Shown one piece after another: positions 10,439 through 19,905 of a DNA stretch of 26,731 bases. The DNA is from Catajapyx aquilonaris (taxonomy: Eukaryota). Within the stretch, counting starts at the first letter, position 1. The number at the start of each line of letters is the position of its first letter. The stretch lies in the NCBI GenBank assembly GCA_000934665.2, contig KZ538276.1:62001-88731 (forward strand). Reading direction: 5' to 3'. The position numbers and the translations under genes were made by a program. Below the pieces are notes generated by a model that was given only the letters and a program-made list of their open reading frames with translations, had not been told where the DNA came from and did no database searches.

Positions 10439-12289
10439 AATTCGTTTGAGCTTAAGATTAATGAAAGTTCATACGACATGACTGATGGCACACAAAATCG
10501 GCTGATGACATTCAAAATATTGCCCATCTAAGCAAACCCCCCTCCCCCTTTTTGTGACCAGAGGGTCACACATGGAGGTAAAGCCCCCCCCCCCTTTTTT
10601 TTTTGTTCAAATCATGGCTCCGGTCAGCCTCCGGAGGACTGGTCGCGTGCGTGACACAAGCCCCACCTGTCAACGCTGCACGACAACACCGCACAACAAT
10701 CGAACACAATAATAGGGTTTGAAAAGGGGACCATTCAAAGGTTGGACAAAATTGTTTTTTTTTTTTCCTATTCTTCTTCTTGTTATTCAATTATGCGACA
10801 CTTCTGCTGCTTCTGAAGCTTTCTTACTTATAAATAATTAAATACCGACAAATTAAATTAAATTAAATAGTCGAAAATTCAATAAATAACAAGTAGCAAA
10901 TAGTGAATGAATAAATAATAAATAACATCATCATAATCATATTCATCACGGCTTTTTCCAAAAAAACTGGGGTGCCAGTCGATAACGAGGAGGCAAATGA
11001 AATAAATAAAAACAACCCACAGTAAATAATGAAAATAAAATAAATTAAATTAAATACTAAATAATAATACTAAATAATAAAACCAGTTTAAAACTCGTGT
11101 CTTAATCTTCAACCTAGTGCAAAAACCCAGCTTTAATAAACAGAGCATCGGAGTGGCTTTCTCCTTCAGGCTAAAATCCCAGTCGCAATTCCCAGAAACC
11201 TTTGTATCGCCATTTCTTCCAGTGCAAACATCCCCTCCCCCTTCCCCCCCTTTTGGAAAATTAGCACGCCAAACGGATTGGCATAATTTGCGCCGGGATC
11301 TATCTCCCGAGTCCGACTGGATATAAGCCCGGCATAAATCCTTGGGGGTAATCCTCGTCTTGTTAGCTCCGTAGCAACATTTTGTTGGGATTAATAGTGA
11401 TTAAAGGCTCCCCCCCTCCTCCCCTACCTCCTCCCTCCTTCTCCTCTTGCAAGGGCTTGATATTGGACTTGGCAAAGAGACTAGCTGGAAGATCATCCTC
11501 GGCAGTTTTGGTGGGGAGGCAGAGGGGGGGGGGGGTCCTTTCTACTAGGGGATTTTGGCTCCAAAATGCAACGAAAATTTTGTATCGATCTCTATAGAGA
11601 NNNNNNNNNNNNNNNNCCCCCCCCCCCCTCTGGTGTAACATTCACATGTATAGGTTGGGATTACTTTTCCAGTCCCCCCCCCCCCACAAAAAACTGTAAT
11701 GTCTGACGTTAATATGCCACAGGGGCGGATCCATCACGACAAACTTTGGGAGCCCATGTCGAAAAAGGACGTATCGGGGAGGCTGAGCCCGTACACGCAT
11801 TTATTCGGTACGACAACCGGTGCTCATTCAGCGAGGAGCCATCAAATGGAGTGTAAGCACGCACGCAAAAAAATTGGTTCATTTCGGTTTCGAATCATAC
11901 CTTTGGGGAATTTTTTTTTGTTCCTTTTTTTTCTGAAAAATTCGGATGAATGTCCAGACCACATTTCAATATCATCATATGGGAACAATAACCCATTGGA
12001 CAAATTTAAACAAACTGCAATCAATTAATTGCAATCAAATAATATCAATTTATTCTTGGAGCGGTTAAACTATATTGAATGTTAATTGGAACTAAAATAA
12101 TAATTGAATAAAATAAATAAGTACAGATAAATGTTAATGGAATCGACAGGTTAGAAATAAATAATCATGAATCATGAATAAATATTAATATTAATAAAGA
12201 AAATATCATCATCATCATCATCATCACCATCACGACATTTCCCTATAAGGGGTAGTCAGCGATGACGGGAGCCACAAGCTAACCCAAAA

Positions 12290-12578
12290 TCTATATAAAT
12301 AAAGCCGTTAGTGAGTCTGTCTGCCAACTGTCATTTGCCTGCCATCTGTGCTCCACCCCCAGGCCGGGAGAGGATGGAGGTGTTGGGGGTTGACTACAGA
12401 TGGCAGGCAAATGACGGTTGTAGTTATACAGGCTGGAGAGGTTGAAGGCGTTGGAGTAGCAGCACCACAGATGGCCTTGGTGGGCGGACACACAGAAAGA
12501 CAGACAGTTGACGGGGCTACTGGCAGGTGTTTTCCCTTCATTCATTTCTTCCCGGGCAACGCTGGGTGCCGCAGCTAG
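12290..12578 (+). mobile_element. Non-autonomous Helitron (289 bp), copy 1
   Basis: A|TCTATATAAATAAAG 5' end; 3' CCCGGGCAACGCTGGG hairpin then TGCCGCAG CTAG|T. AT target, no TSD. Aligns end to end with the reverse complement of 23547-23843. Confidence 0.92.
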
Positions 12579-12834
12579 TATGAACTAAATTAAAACTTGT
12601 AAAAATAAACCTATGAACACCCCCGTCTCGCCCCCACCCCTGCCCATCTCAGACGACAAACTCTCAATATTAAATTTAAATATTAAAATATCTTATCAAA
12701 ATATTAGTCTATATATTAAAATATCTTATGGGGAGAAATTAATCAATGGATGAAATGCATAATAAGCAAAAAAAAATTCATTAAAATTATGACGCATTGC
12801 TTATTTCTTGATATATTAAATGAATTATTAATTA

Positions 12835-13160
12835 ATGAAAATATAAATAAGATAAAACAATACAAATAATTAAATGAAATATAAACAAATAAGCAAATAA
12901 ATAAAATAAACGGGGAAATAAATAAAAACCAGGTAGTCTATATAAATAAAACACAAGCAAATAAGCAAAATAAACAAATAAGCAAATACAAATAAACAAG
13001 TAAATGAAATAAAAATAAACAAGTAAATTAAATAAAAATAAACAAGTAAATTTAAAAAATGAAACACAAGCAAAAAAGTGAATAAAACAAGAAAGAAGTA
13101 AAACCCAAGTACCATTAATAAAATACAAATAGACAGGAAAATAAAATTTTAAATGCATTA
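12835..13160. repeat. A-rich degenerate low-complexity repeat (AAATAAACAAGY-like units)
   Basis: Recurrent AAATAAACAAGT/AAATAAGCAAAT units; explains the hydrophobic minus-strand ORFs 12832-13275 and 12870-13115. Confidence 0.85.
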
Positions 13161-13969
13161 CAATTGCAAATAAACATTTATCGTTCGAGTATGGTGTGGT
13201 CATTATTTGGCGACATTTTGAGGTCACCAAAGGTTGAATAACCTCCATCATCCTTCTTTCTCTCCCAAGACACACCCCTGCCGGGTATTTACTGAGCTTT
13301 CAAGATTTAATTAGACATCTCCCCCTCCTCCCTCCCTCCTTCTACTCCACCCCCTCCCACCTCCCAACCCCCGTAAACTTGTCACTTGTTTTCTCTTCCT
13401 CCAGCTTTTGCCCCAGCCCCACCCCCCACNNNNNNNNNNNTCTTTTTTTTTTTCTTCCTTCCTTCGAAGCCCTACTAATCTCCAGCGGGGTTTCCCTTAA
13501 CCGCCATTTCAAATTTGCTTCTGCTTCAACTCTAAAACCACAAACTAATTCCACGTCACTTGTCACAAAATTAAATCCGGTTTTTTTTAAAAAGATATTG
13601 AACACCATAAAACAACAACAACAAAAAATCTTTGAGAAATTGCTTCAGGGTAGAGCAGGCATCGAAAATAAATAAAACTGGACTTTTTGGTATGGACGAC
13701 ATTGGTGGGACAGTCCCTTGGTGGACATGGATGGACCGAAGAGCAGCTCTAAGCTTAATTAAATCCTGGTGATTATCGGAAAAGGGCTTGGGTAAAAATA
13801 ACAGCCACAGGGTGGGGGGGTCCCTTCTGTTGGGATTATGCCCACCTCTCTCTTCTTTTTTTTTCTAAACATTTTTCTGTCTTTTTTGGGGGGGAGATTG
13901 GTTTTTTGGGGAGGGGCAAAACCAGGATTATATGAAAGAGGCTGAGAAGAGGGTCGATTACACACTCAC

Positions 13970-14100
13970 GTTGTGTATCCAGGTGAGCCGATGGATGGGC
14001 GGATTGGAGCGGATTTGGCACTCGAAGTAGACGTCGTCTCCTTCCTTGATGTCATCAGGGTTTAAAGTACTGCCCATTTGCAAATTCACGATTGGTGGAA
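13970..14100 (-). CDS. Sidestep-family exon (N-terminal half of Ig4)
   Basis: Acceptor tttcAG (14101-14102), donor GTGAGT (13968-13969); 131 nt, phase 1-0. Encodes FPPIVNLQMGSTLNPDDIKEGDDVYFECQIRSNPPIHRLTWIHN; G..LNP.DIKEGDDVYFEC is a hallmark of the Sidestep family. Confidence 0.96.
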
Positions 14101-14299
14101 CTGAAAAATGTGGAGATGAAAGAGAAAAGACCGTCAGATTACAAATTCTGAAATCAAGTAGCAGTTGCTTCATAATCAATTGAGACTATCAAAAAACTGC
14201 ATGGCTATCCAAGTAGTACCATACTACTCGCATATATGGCCTCTCTGCACACTTCTGCCACTGGCTGATGACTCACCCCAGACAAACAACATACGGACA

Positions 14300-14497
14300 C
14301 ACTGTAAAACGCAAAAACATTAAAGGAGCATCACTAGTGAGTCTCTCATGGAACATCAATTTTAATGCTCTTCTAATGCTCTTGTGATGCTTTTTGTTGC
14401 TAAAAAGCATCACAAGAGCATTATCAGAGCATTATAAATTGATGTTCCACGAGAGACTCACCAGTGATGCTCTTTTAATGCTTTGCGGTTTACAGTG
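14300..14497. mobile_element. Foldback element with CACTG termini (CACTA/CMC-like MITE)
   Basis: Begins CACTGTAAAACGCAAA and ends TTTGCGGTTTACAGTG; almost entirely palindromic, with internal AATGCTCTT subrepeats. TSD not clean (CA left, TA right). Confidence 0.75.
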
Positions 14498-14504
14498 TAG
14501 ACGT

Positions 14505-14760
14505 GGAGCATCAATTTTTTAATGCTCCTGTAATCCTCTTGTAATACTCTTTTAATATTTTGGTTGCGTTTAGTGACCAAAAAAACATTAAAAGAACATT
14601 ACAAGAGCATCACAGGTGAGTCTCTCATGGAACATCAATTTTTAATGCTCTTCCAATGCTTTGCCAATGCTCTTCTGATGCTTTTTAGCTACACAGAAGC
14701 ATCAGAAGACCATTAGAAGAGCATTAAAAACTGATGTTCCGTGAGAGACTCACCAGTGAT
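14505..14760. repeat. Additional hairpin copies of the interior of the 14300-14497 element
   Basis: GTGAGTCTCTCATGGAACATCAATTTTTAATGCTCTT...GAGCATTAAAAACTGATGTTCCGTGAGAGACTCACCAGTGAT is repeated at about 14610-14760, with related subrepeats in both orientations at 14505-14610. Confidence 0.8.
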
Positions 14761-14884
14761 CATTCGATCCATTCAGATGGTCGAATTATAGCAGTGTCTA
14801 TAGAATAGCGCAACTGGTTAGGAGCCCAATAAGCTATAAAAACACATCTTCGAGCAAAATTTGCTATAACTGAAATTACTAATA

Positions 14885-15106
14885 CAGGATGTTCCAAATT
14901 TTTGGGTCGTTTTTTATAACTGATATCGCATGTTAGTAGTAATTTGTTGCAGCTTGTTATGCCCCTAACCAGGTGCTTCATTCTATAGAAACTGCTATAC
15001 TGTATTCGACCCCCTGGGAATAATGGGGAACCTGGATCGGTGCACAAAAATAACCATCGGACGATATCAGTTATAAAAAAACGACCCACGAATTTGGAAC
15101 AGCCTG
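14885..15106. mobile_element. Tc1/mariner-superfamily MITE (222 bp) with an extra TIR tip at 15112-15124
   Basis: TA+CAGGATGTTCCAAATTTTTGGGTCGTTTTTTATAACTGATATCG ... CGATATCAGTTATAAAAAAACGACCCACGAATTTGGAACAGCCTG+TA, followed by TTGGAACACCCTG. Confidence 0.88.
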
Positions 15107-15967
15107 TATACTTGGAACACCCTGTGTTATTTAAATAATTTTGCATACTCGTAATTATCCGGTCCCGTGAGAGTATCTATCGTATGCCAGAGTAATGGAA
15201 AATTCAGCTAGATATCTCGTTACAAACATGTTTCCCTGTATTACCACAATAATATGTTACACAGCTATGTAGGTCTATAAGCAACATTGTTGATACGACT
15301 AAAATGGCGCAATTTTTTTTTGCGTCTATAAATGCATCCGTTCTCTAGAGAATTGCTGAGAAAAACGTGGCCTTTTCTGACCCGAGTAACAGCTAGAGAG
15401 CTGGAGGAAAAAAAAAAAATTCTAGCAAAAAAATAGAGCGCCACTTTTCCTAGCGATGGCTATCGATAGACGGAAAATTGCCTTCGGGCGTCAGCAGGAA
15501 AAAGTTGCAGAAAAGGAGAGGAGTGGCCGAATTCGCACGAAAAGCTTGGGCCTCACTCACGCACACATACACCTACTACTGATATATATATTTTTTTCCA
15601 AAAAAAAAGTAGCTATTTTTGTTGTGGTCCATCTATATTTTTTGTAGCCTTAATTACAAAGCTCAGCTTGGAATAGACCTTTTGTCAGCCTCTACTGATT
15701 AGGTGGCCTCCCCCCCCCAAAAAAAAAATTCCAGTTTTTTGGAGAGTGCGGGTTCATATTTTATGGATTGTTACCCAACAAGAATGGAACGACCTGAATA
15801 GCCTTGCCCAGCTTACCATGTTGGATAAAGACTATTTGCAGGGATTTTTAAATGGTCGCCCATAGCGGCGTAACGCATTCAAAACTAATATTTACAGAAC
15901 TAGTTTCATATGCGGTCCACGCACCGGAACAATTAGTGTTCACAATCTCAAAGACAACGATATCGGG

Positions 15968-16144
15968 CCAATCAGAAGCTCGGCACACTGCCACCCAATC
16001 AGCTACCAGATCCTGCACGAATCAGCCACACTACATGCCAATCAGGACCGCGGTTCCGCAGTACTGACCAATCAGGAACATGCGCGTTACGCATGCGCAC
16101 TACTAGCCAATCAGGAGCCCGTTTGCGCAGTACTGGCCAATCAG
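15968..16144 (+). repeat. Array of CCAATCAG motifs with non-identical spacers (CCAAT-box-like)
   Basis: CCAATCAG at 15968, 15995, 16038, 16068, 16107 and 16137, plus CGAATCAG at 16018. The array is seen directly; a regulatory role is not demonstrated. Confidence 0.8.
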
Positions 16145-16260
16145 CGAGGTCCCAGGTAGCACGAGCATCCATAGACTATCACAGGGATGCTTAAGGGACA
16201 TCCAGGCTGGATGTCTCCTGGATATCAAATTCGAGCACTTTGTAAACTTGTTTAAAATAT

Positions 16261-16560
16261 ATCCAAAGTGATGTAATTGGATGTTTTTAATAATGCGATT
16301 GTTAGAGTGTAAAACCATAATAAAGTCTGGTTACATCGTCCGCGTCCCCAGGAAACAATTTCCAGTTGATGGAGAGCCAGAAATTTCGCCTGGTATTATT
16401 TAATTTATTAAAATATTTCAACGCTATTTTTATTATACGTTTATTTCTTTCCACATTTGATTATAAGCTAAACTATTGTAATTTTATTTGTCATTAAACT
16501 ATTGCAATTCTTATTTGTTGTTAAATTATTGTAATTCTTATTAGTTAATTTATTAAAATA
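16261..16560 (+). repeat. Dispersed repeat, copy 1 (copy 2 at 19906-20590)
   Basis: ATCCAAAGTG.TGTA..GGATGTTTTTAATAATGC.ATT.TTAGA.TGT..AAAACCATAAT.AAG.CTGGTT.CA...CCCAGGAAACA.TTTC, followed by TAAACTATTGYAAT units in both copies. Confidence 0.8.
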
Positions 16561-16990
16561 TTTGTGACGTTTGGTCATCCCGGGGTTATCCATGGTGCGT
16601 AATCTAGATGCACCAGGATGTTCCTTGGATGTCGAGTCTGATCTATGGATATTCTTCACGCATGCGCTCTTAACGTGTAAGAATCTTTTTGGCGTCCTAT
16701 TCTTGTGGAGTTTGGCCATACACGGGATATTCATAGGCAGTAATTTGGATGCACCAGGATGTCCCATGGATGTCGAGTCTGATCTATGGATAGCTTGGGG
16801 TAGTTTCTTCACGCATGCGCTCTTAACGCGCAAGAATCTTGCGGATACTATTTTTGCGACGTTTGGGCATCCAGGGGATATCCATGGGGCGTAATCTGGA
16901 TGCACCCTGGACATTCAGGGGCTGTCATATAGATATCAAGTGATACTTGGGGTGGTTTCTTCACGCATGCGTCTTTAACGTGCGAGAACG
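16555..16990. repeat. Tandem repeat, 3 copies of a unit of about 153 bp
   Basis: TTCTTCACGCATGCG.(C/T)TTAACG at 16652, 16805 and 16957; shared TAAT.T.GATGCACC..GGA. A related fragment lies at about 16185-16235. Confidence 0.88.
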
Positions 16991-17027
16991 CTTCTCTCTC
17001 ACGCTACGACCGATTCTCGCTACGTAA

Positions 17028-17441
17028 AGGGACACTCCACTCAAAAAACAAGTTTGGCTCTAAAAATCGGGCAAGAAATCCTGAATCCGAAGGTGCAATC
17101 CGTTTTTCGCTTCGCGGAACGGTAATCCCAGGGTGAGGGGTCAAAGTCGGGAAATTCAAATAGTGCGTTAGAAGCTGGCCGTCCGCCAGCGACACCCTCG
17201 GGACCTTGGGAATTGGAGGGCTGCTCCCGCCTGCCCTCGCGCTTAGGCCCATCCCAGAGAGGTGCAGCCCTCCAGTTCCCCTGTTCCCCGCATAGCGGCG
17301 CCGCTCATTAGCAGACGACACACTTTGACACCTCGCCCTGGGATTACCGTTCCGCGTAGCGAAAAACGGATAGCACCTTCGGATTCATGATTTTTTGCCC
17401 GCTTTTTAGAGCCCAACTTGTTTTTTAAGTGGAGTGTCCCT
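17028..17441. mobile_element. Kolobok-like MITE (414 bp)
   Basis: About 120-bp TIRs (17028-17147 and 17322-17441) starting AGGGACACTCCACT; flanks are GTAA (left) and TTAA (right). A TTAA target with purine (AG) termini fits Kolobok better than piggyBac (CCY termini). Confidence 0.8.
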
Positions 17442-17463
17442 TTAAACACCCATGAGTACTCAC

Positions 17464-17608
17464 ATATGACGCTGAGCTTCCAGGAGTCCTCCAGTGCTGC
17501 TCCAGGCACCCTAGGGTTCTCCGCCCTACATGTGAGCGTCTTCCCATCGTCGCTCGGTACCGGTACCATCGATACCGTGCTGATGCTGACATTATCGTGC
17601 GCCGCGTC
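17464..17608 (-). CDS. Sidestep-family exon (C-terminal half of Ig3)
   Basis: Acceptor tgtAG (17609-17610) after a 56-nt intron, donor GTGAGT (17462-17463); 145 nt, phase 0-1. Encodes DAAHDNVSISTVSMVPVPSDDGKTLTCRAENPRVPGAALEDSWKLSVI (DDGK.LTCRAENP motif). Confidence 0.95.
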
Positions 17609-17664
17609 CTACAACACAAAACATGACGGATCCTCCAACACACCCTAATCAACAATAGACTCAC

Positions 17665-17816
17665 CTCCAACTTGGCTTTGTTGAGCTGCTTGGCTCCCTT
17701 CCACCAGGTGATCACAGCCGGTGGATGAGATCCGGTAGACTCGCAACGGACTTCGTAACGACTCTCAGCCGAGAGCGTGGCTCGCTTCGGACTCATCCTC
17801 ACGCTCAGGGGCTTCA
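17665..17816 (-). CDS. Sidestep-family exon (N-terminal half of next Ig domain, probably Ig3)
   Basis: Acceptor tgcAG (17817-17818), donor GTGAG (17663-17664); 152 nt, phase 1-0. Encodes LKPLSVRMSPKRATLSAESRYEVRCESTGSHPPAVITWWKGAKQLNKAKLE (C...GS.PPA.ITWWKG motif). Confidence 0.95.
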
Positions 17817-18842
17817 CTGCAAGATTACAGTCGCAAAACCCACACAAACCCCCCTTGTAGATAAACAATGAGCGGCTAACTGGCTCGTCCTCTCCTCTCC
17901 ATTCATAAGCGGATGGTGCTACTACTAGCCCCCCAGGTGGCAAGTTCAGGCTACGGGAAGGGCTCTTCAGGGACAACCAGAGCTTCTGAATGATTCAGAC
18001 CGGCAGGGGATGCAAGTTGGGGACGTGACAATACGAGTTGGGTTAGTAACAACTTTAAGCTCGATTCACTGTTAAAATGTTCAGTGACTAGCAGTGTGAA
18101 CAGTCAGTCACGAAAACTCTGGCGCTACCGAGCAACCCACTACATGGAAACCAGTTCAGAATTGATTTCTCCTGGAAAGTGCAGTTAGCACACTCGACAA
18201 AGGAAGCTCGCTACCCTCATTGTTACAAAAATCCTCCAGAGCCCCATTATTATTACGGTCCAAAATTGGGGTACGCTTTCATATCGGAAGACCTCGCACT
18301 TTTGCCTACTTGCCCAGGCTGGTATCCGCTGAAGTAAGGCGTGTATCCGCTGGAGCACGGAGTGTATCCGCTTCGGGTCTTGTACTACACAAGACATCAT
18401 CAAACGGCAACTCCATATCCCTCCCATATGTTAGAAAAAATGGAGTTTCCTTCGTCTATTCCTGTACTGCGCTCCTATAAGCCATGAGGACAAGTGGAAT
18501 ACTTTCATCCCAGTAGGCGTGTATTTTCCAGGAAGGGAAAGTTAGGTCATGAGGTAGGTTGGTACAGTGTACCGCTGCCCCTGCCATATTCGGCCCCCCG
18601 ATATAAATGTCTTTCCAGATAAAATTGCCTTTTAACACTTCGCATCGATATATAGACCGTTAATTCTACTAAAGGCAGAATCGTCCACCAGGATCGTCAC
18701 AGTCGAGCTCTACAGCAGCGCCGAAGCGGCACACCCGCTACGGGTACCGAGGTGTGATTGGCCACCTCAAATGAGGCTGTGGTAGTCAGTGGGCCGGTCC
18801 AGGGTGAGTTAGCAGCAATGGTGTGGGAAAATGCGTCATATA

Positions 18843-19039
18843 CAGGGTGGTCCAACATCAAGTGTCGTTTTATAACGGCGATTAATAGCAGTGACGTAGC
18901 AGCGACGCGTAAAATGTCCCACTTCGGCGCATCTTCGGCGCCATCGAAGTGGACAATTTTACACGTCGCTGCTACGTTAATCGTAAAGCGCTTCTATTAA
19001 TAGCCGTTATAAAACGACACTTGATGTTGGACCACCCTG
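18843..19039. mobile_element. Tc1/mariner-superfamily MITE (197 bp)
   Basis: TA+CAGGGTGGTCCAACATCAAGTGTCGTTTTATAACGGC ... GCCGTTATAAAACGACACTTGATGTTGGACCACCCTG+TA (perfect 37-bp terminal match), plus an inner inverted repeat ACGTAGCAGCGACG.GTAAAAT. Confidence 0.93.
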
Positions 19040-19905
19040 TATGTGCGGGATATGGTACGACATTGACAGTTACGTTACAATTTATAACAAACTATATCAT
19101 AAAGCACCAGTTTCCAACGTTATCTCTTCTTAAATTTTCCCCTCCTTTTTTCCCTCAAGATTCTTCTGAAGTAAGGCGTGTATCCGCCGAAGGAAAGTTA
19201 GGTCATGGGGGTAGGTTGGTACAGCGTGCCCCTACCCCTACCAAATTCGGTCTCCCGATATGATCCTTCCCAAAATTGTACCTCAGTCAGGTTGACTGAT
19301 CTTGTTATCAAAAAGCCCCATATGACCAGTGTGTATACAAGCCCACGTGTTTTATTTACAACCAGTTTTTTTTCCCCTTGCTCAAGCCAACGCTAGGGTC
19401 GGATTTAATATTAATGTTTCCAGTGGATGGAAAGCACCACACGAGGCGCTGTGATTACCCCAGAGGATACCGGAACCTAGGCCCCCGATTCCCTTTAGCC
19501 TGTCATCGCCTTTGGAACACGTGCATTTCCGGGCCCAACTGCCTGCCTAGGGGTGAGTATATGAATTGATAGAGCATTCGAGCATATTTCAAATGCAGAT
19601 TAGCACCGCTTTATAGTACTGAGCCTATACAGGGGGGGCCTCTATTGTTGCCAAGTGATGTTCGCACAGTATACAAGCTAATTGTGCGAGGGGGGCTACA
19701 ATGAGTTAATTGTCCATTCTTACGTGTACTTCTGGTGAGCACAATGGCTGCCCGGGTGTGGTACACACACCTGTTTGTGGTCGAAATGGGCGCAATGATG
19801 ACAATAAGATTTAGGCGGAATAATCACTGGTAGGTTTGCAGACAATTGGTTAGGGGAATAAATGGAAATTGCGCTGGACAAATGAGGCGCTTGTCAAACT
19901 ACATT

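Noticed and set aside
11720..11733. hAT-like terminus CAGGGGCGGATCCA
   Set aside because: No matching opposite end or 8-bp TSD found.
12291..12578. Small duplicated protein gene (MNEGKTPAS..., also in ORF 23445-23870)
   Set aside because: The near-identical ORFs come from two copies of a non-coding Helitron; open frames occur on both strands with no recognisable domain.
12832..13275. 147-aa multi-pass membrane protein
   Set aside because: The F/Y/L/I-rich translation comes from a T-rich low-complexity repeat.
15968..16144. CRISPR-like repeat-spacer array
   Set aside because: The repeat is only 8 nt, the spacing is irregular (20-39 nt), there are no cas genes, and the context is a eukaryotic intron.
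16468..16914. 148-aa ORF with internal repeat
   Set aside because: It is a translation of the 153-bp tandem array.
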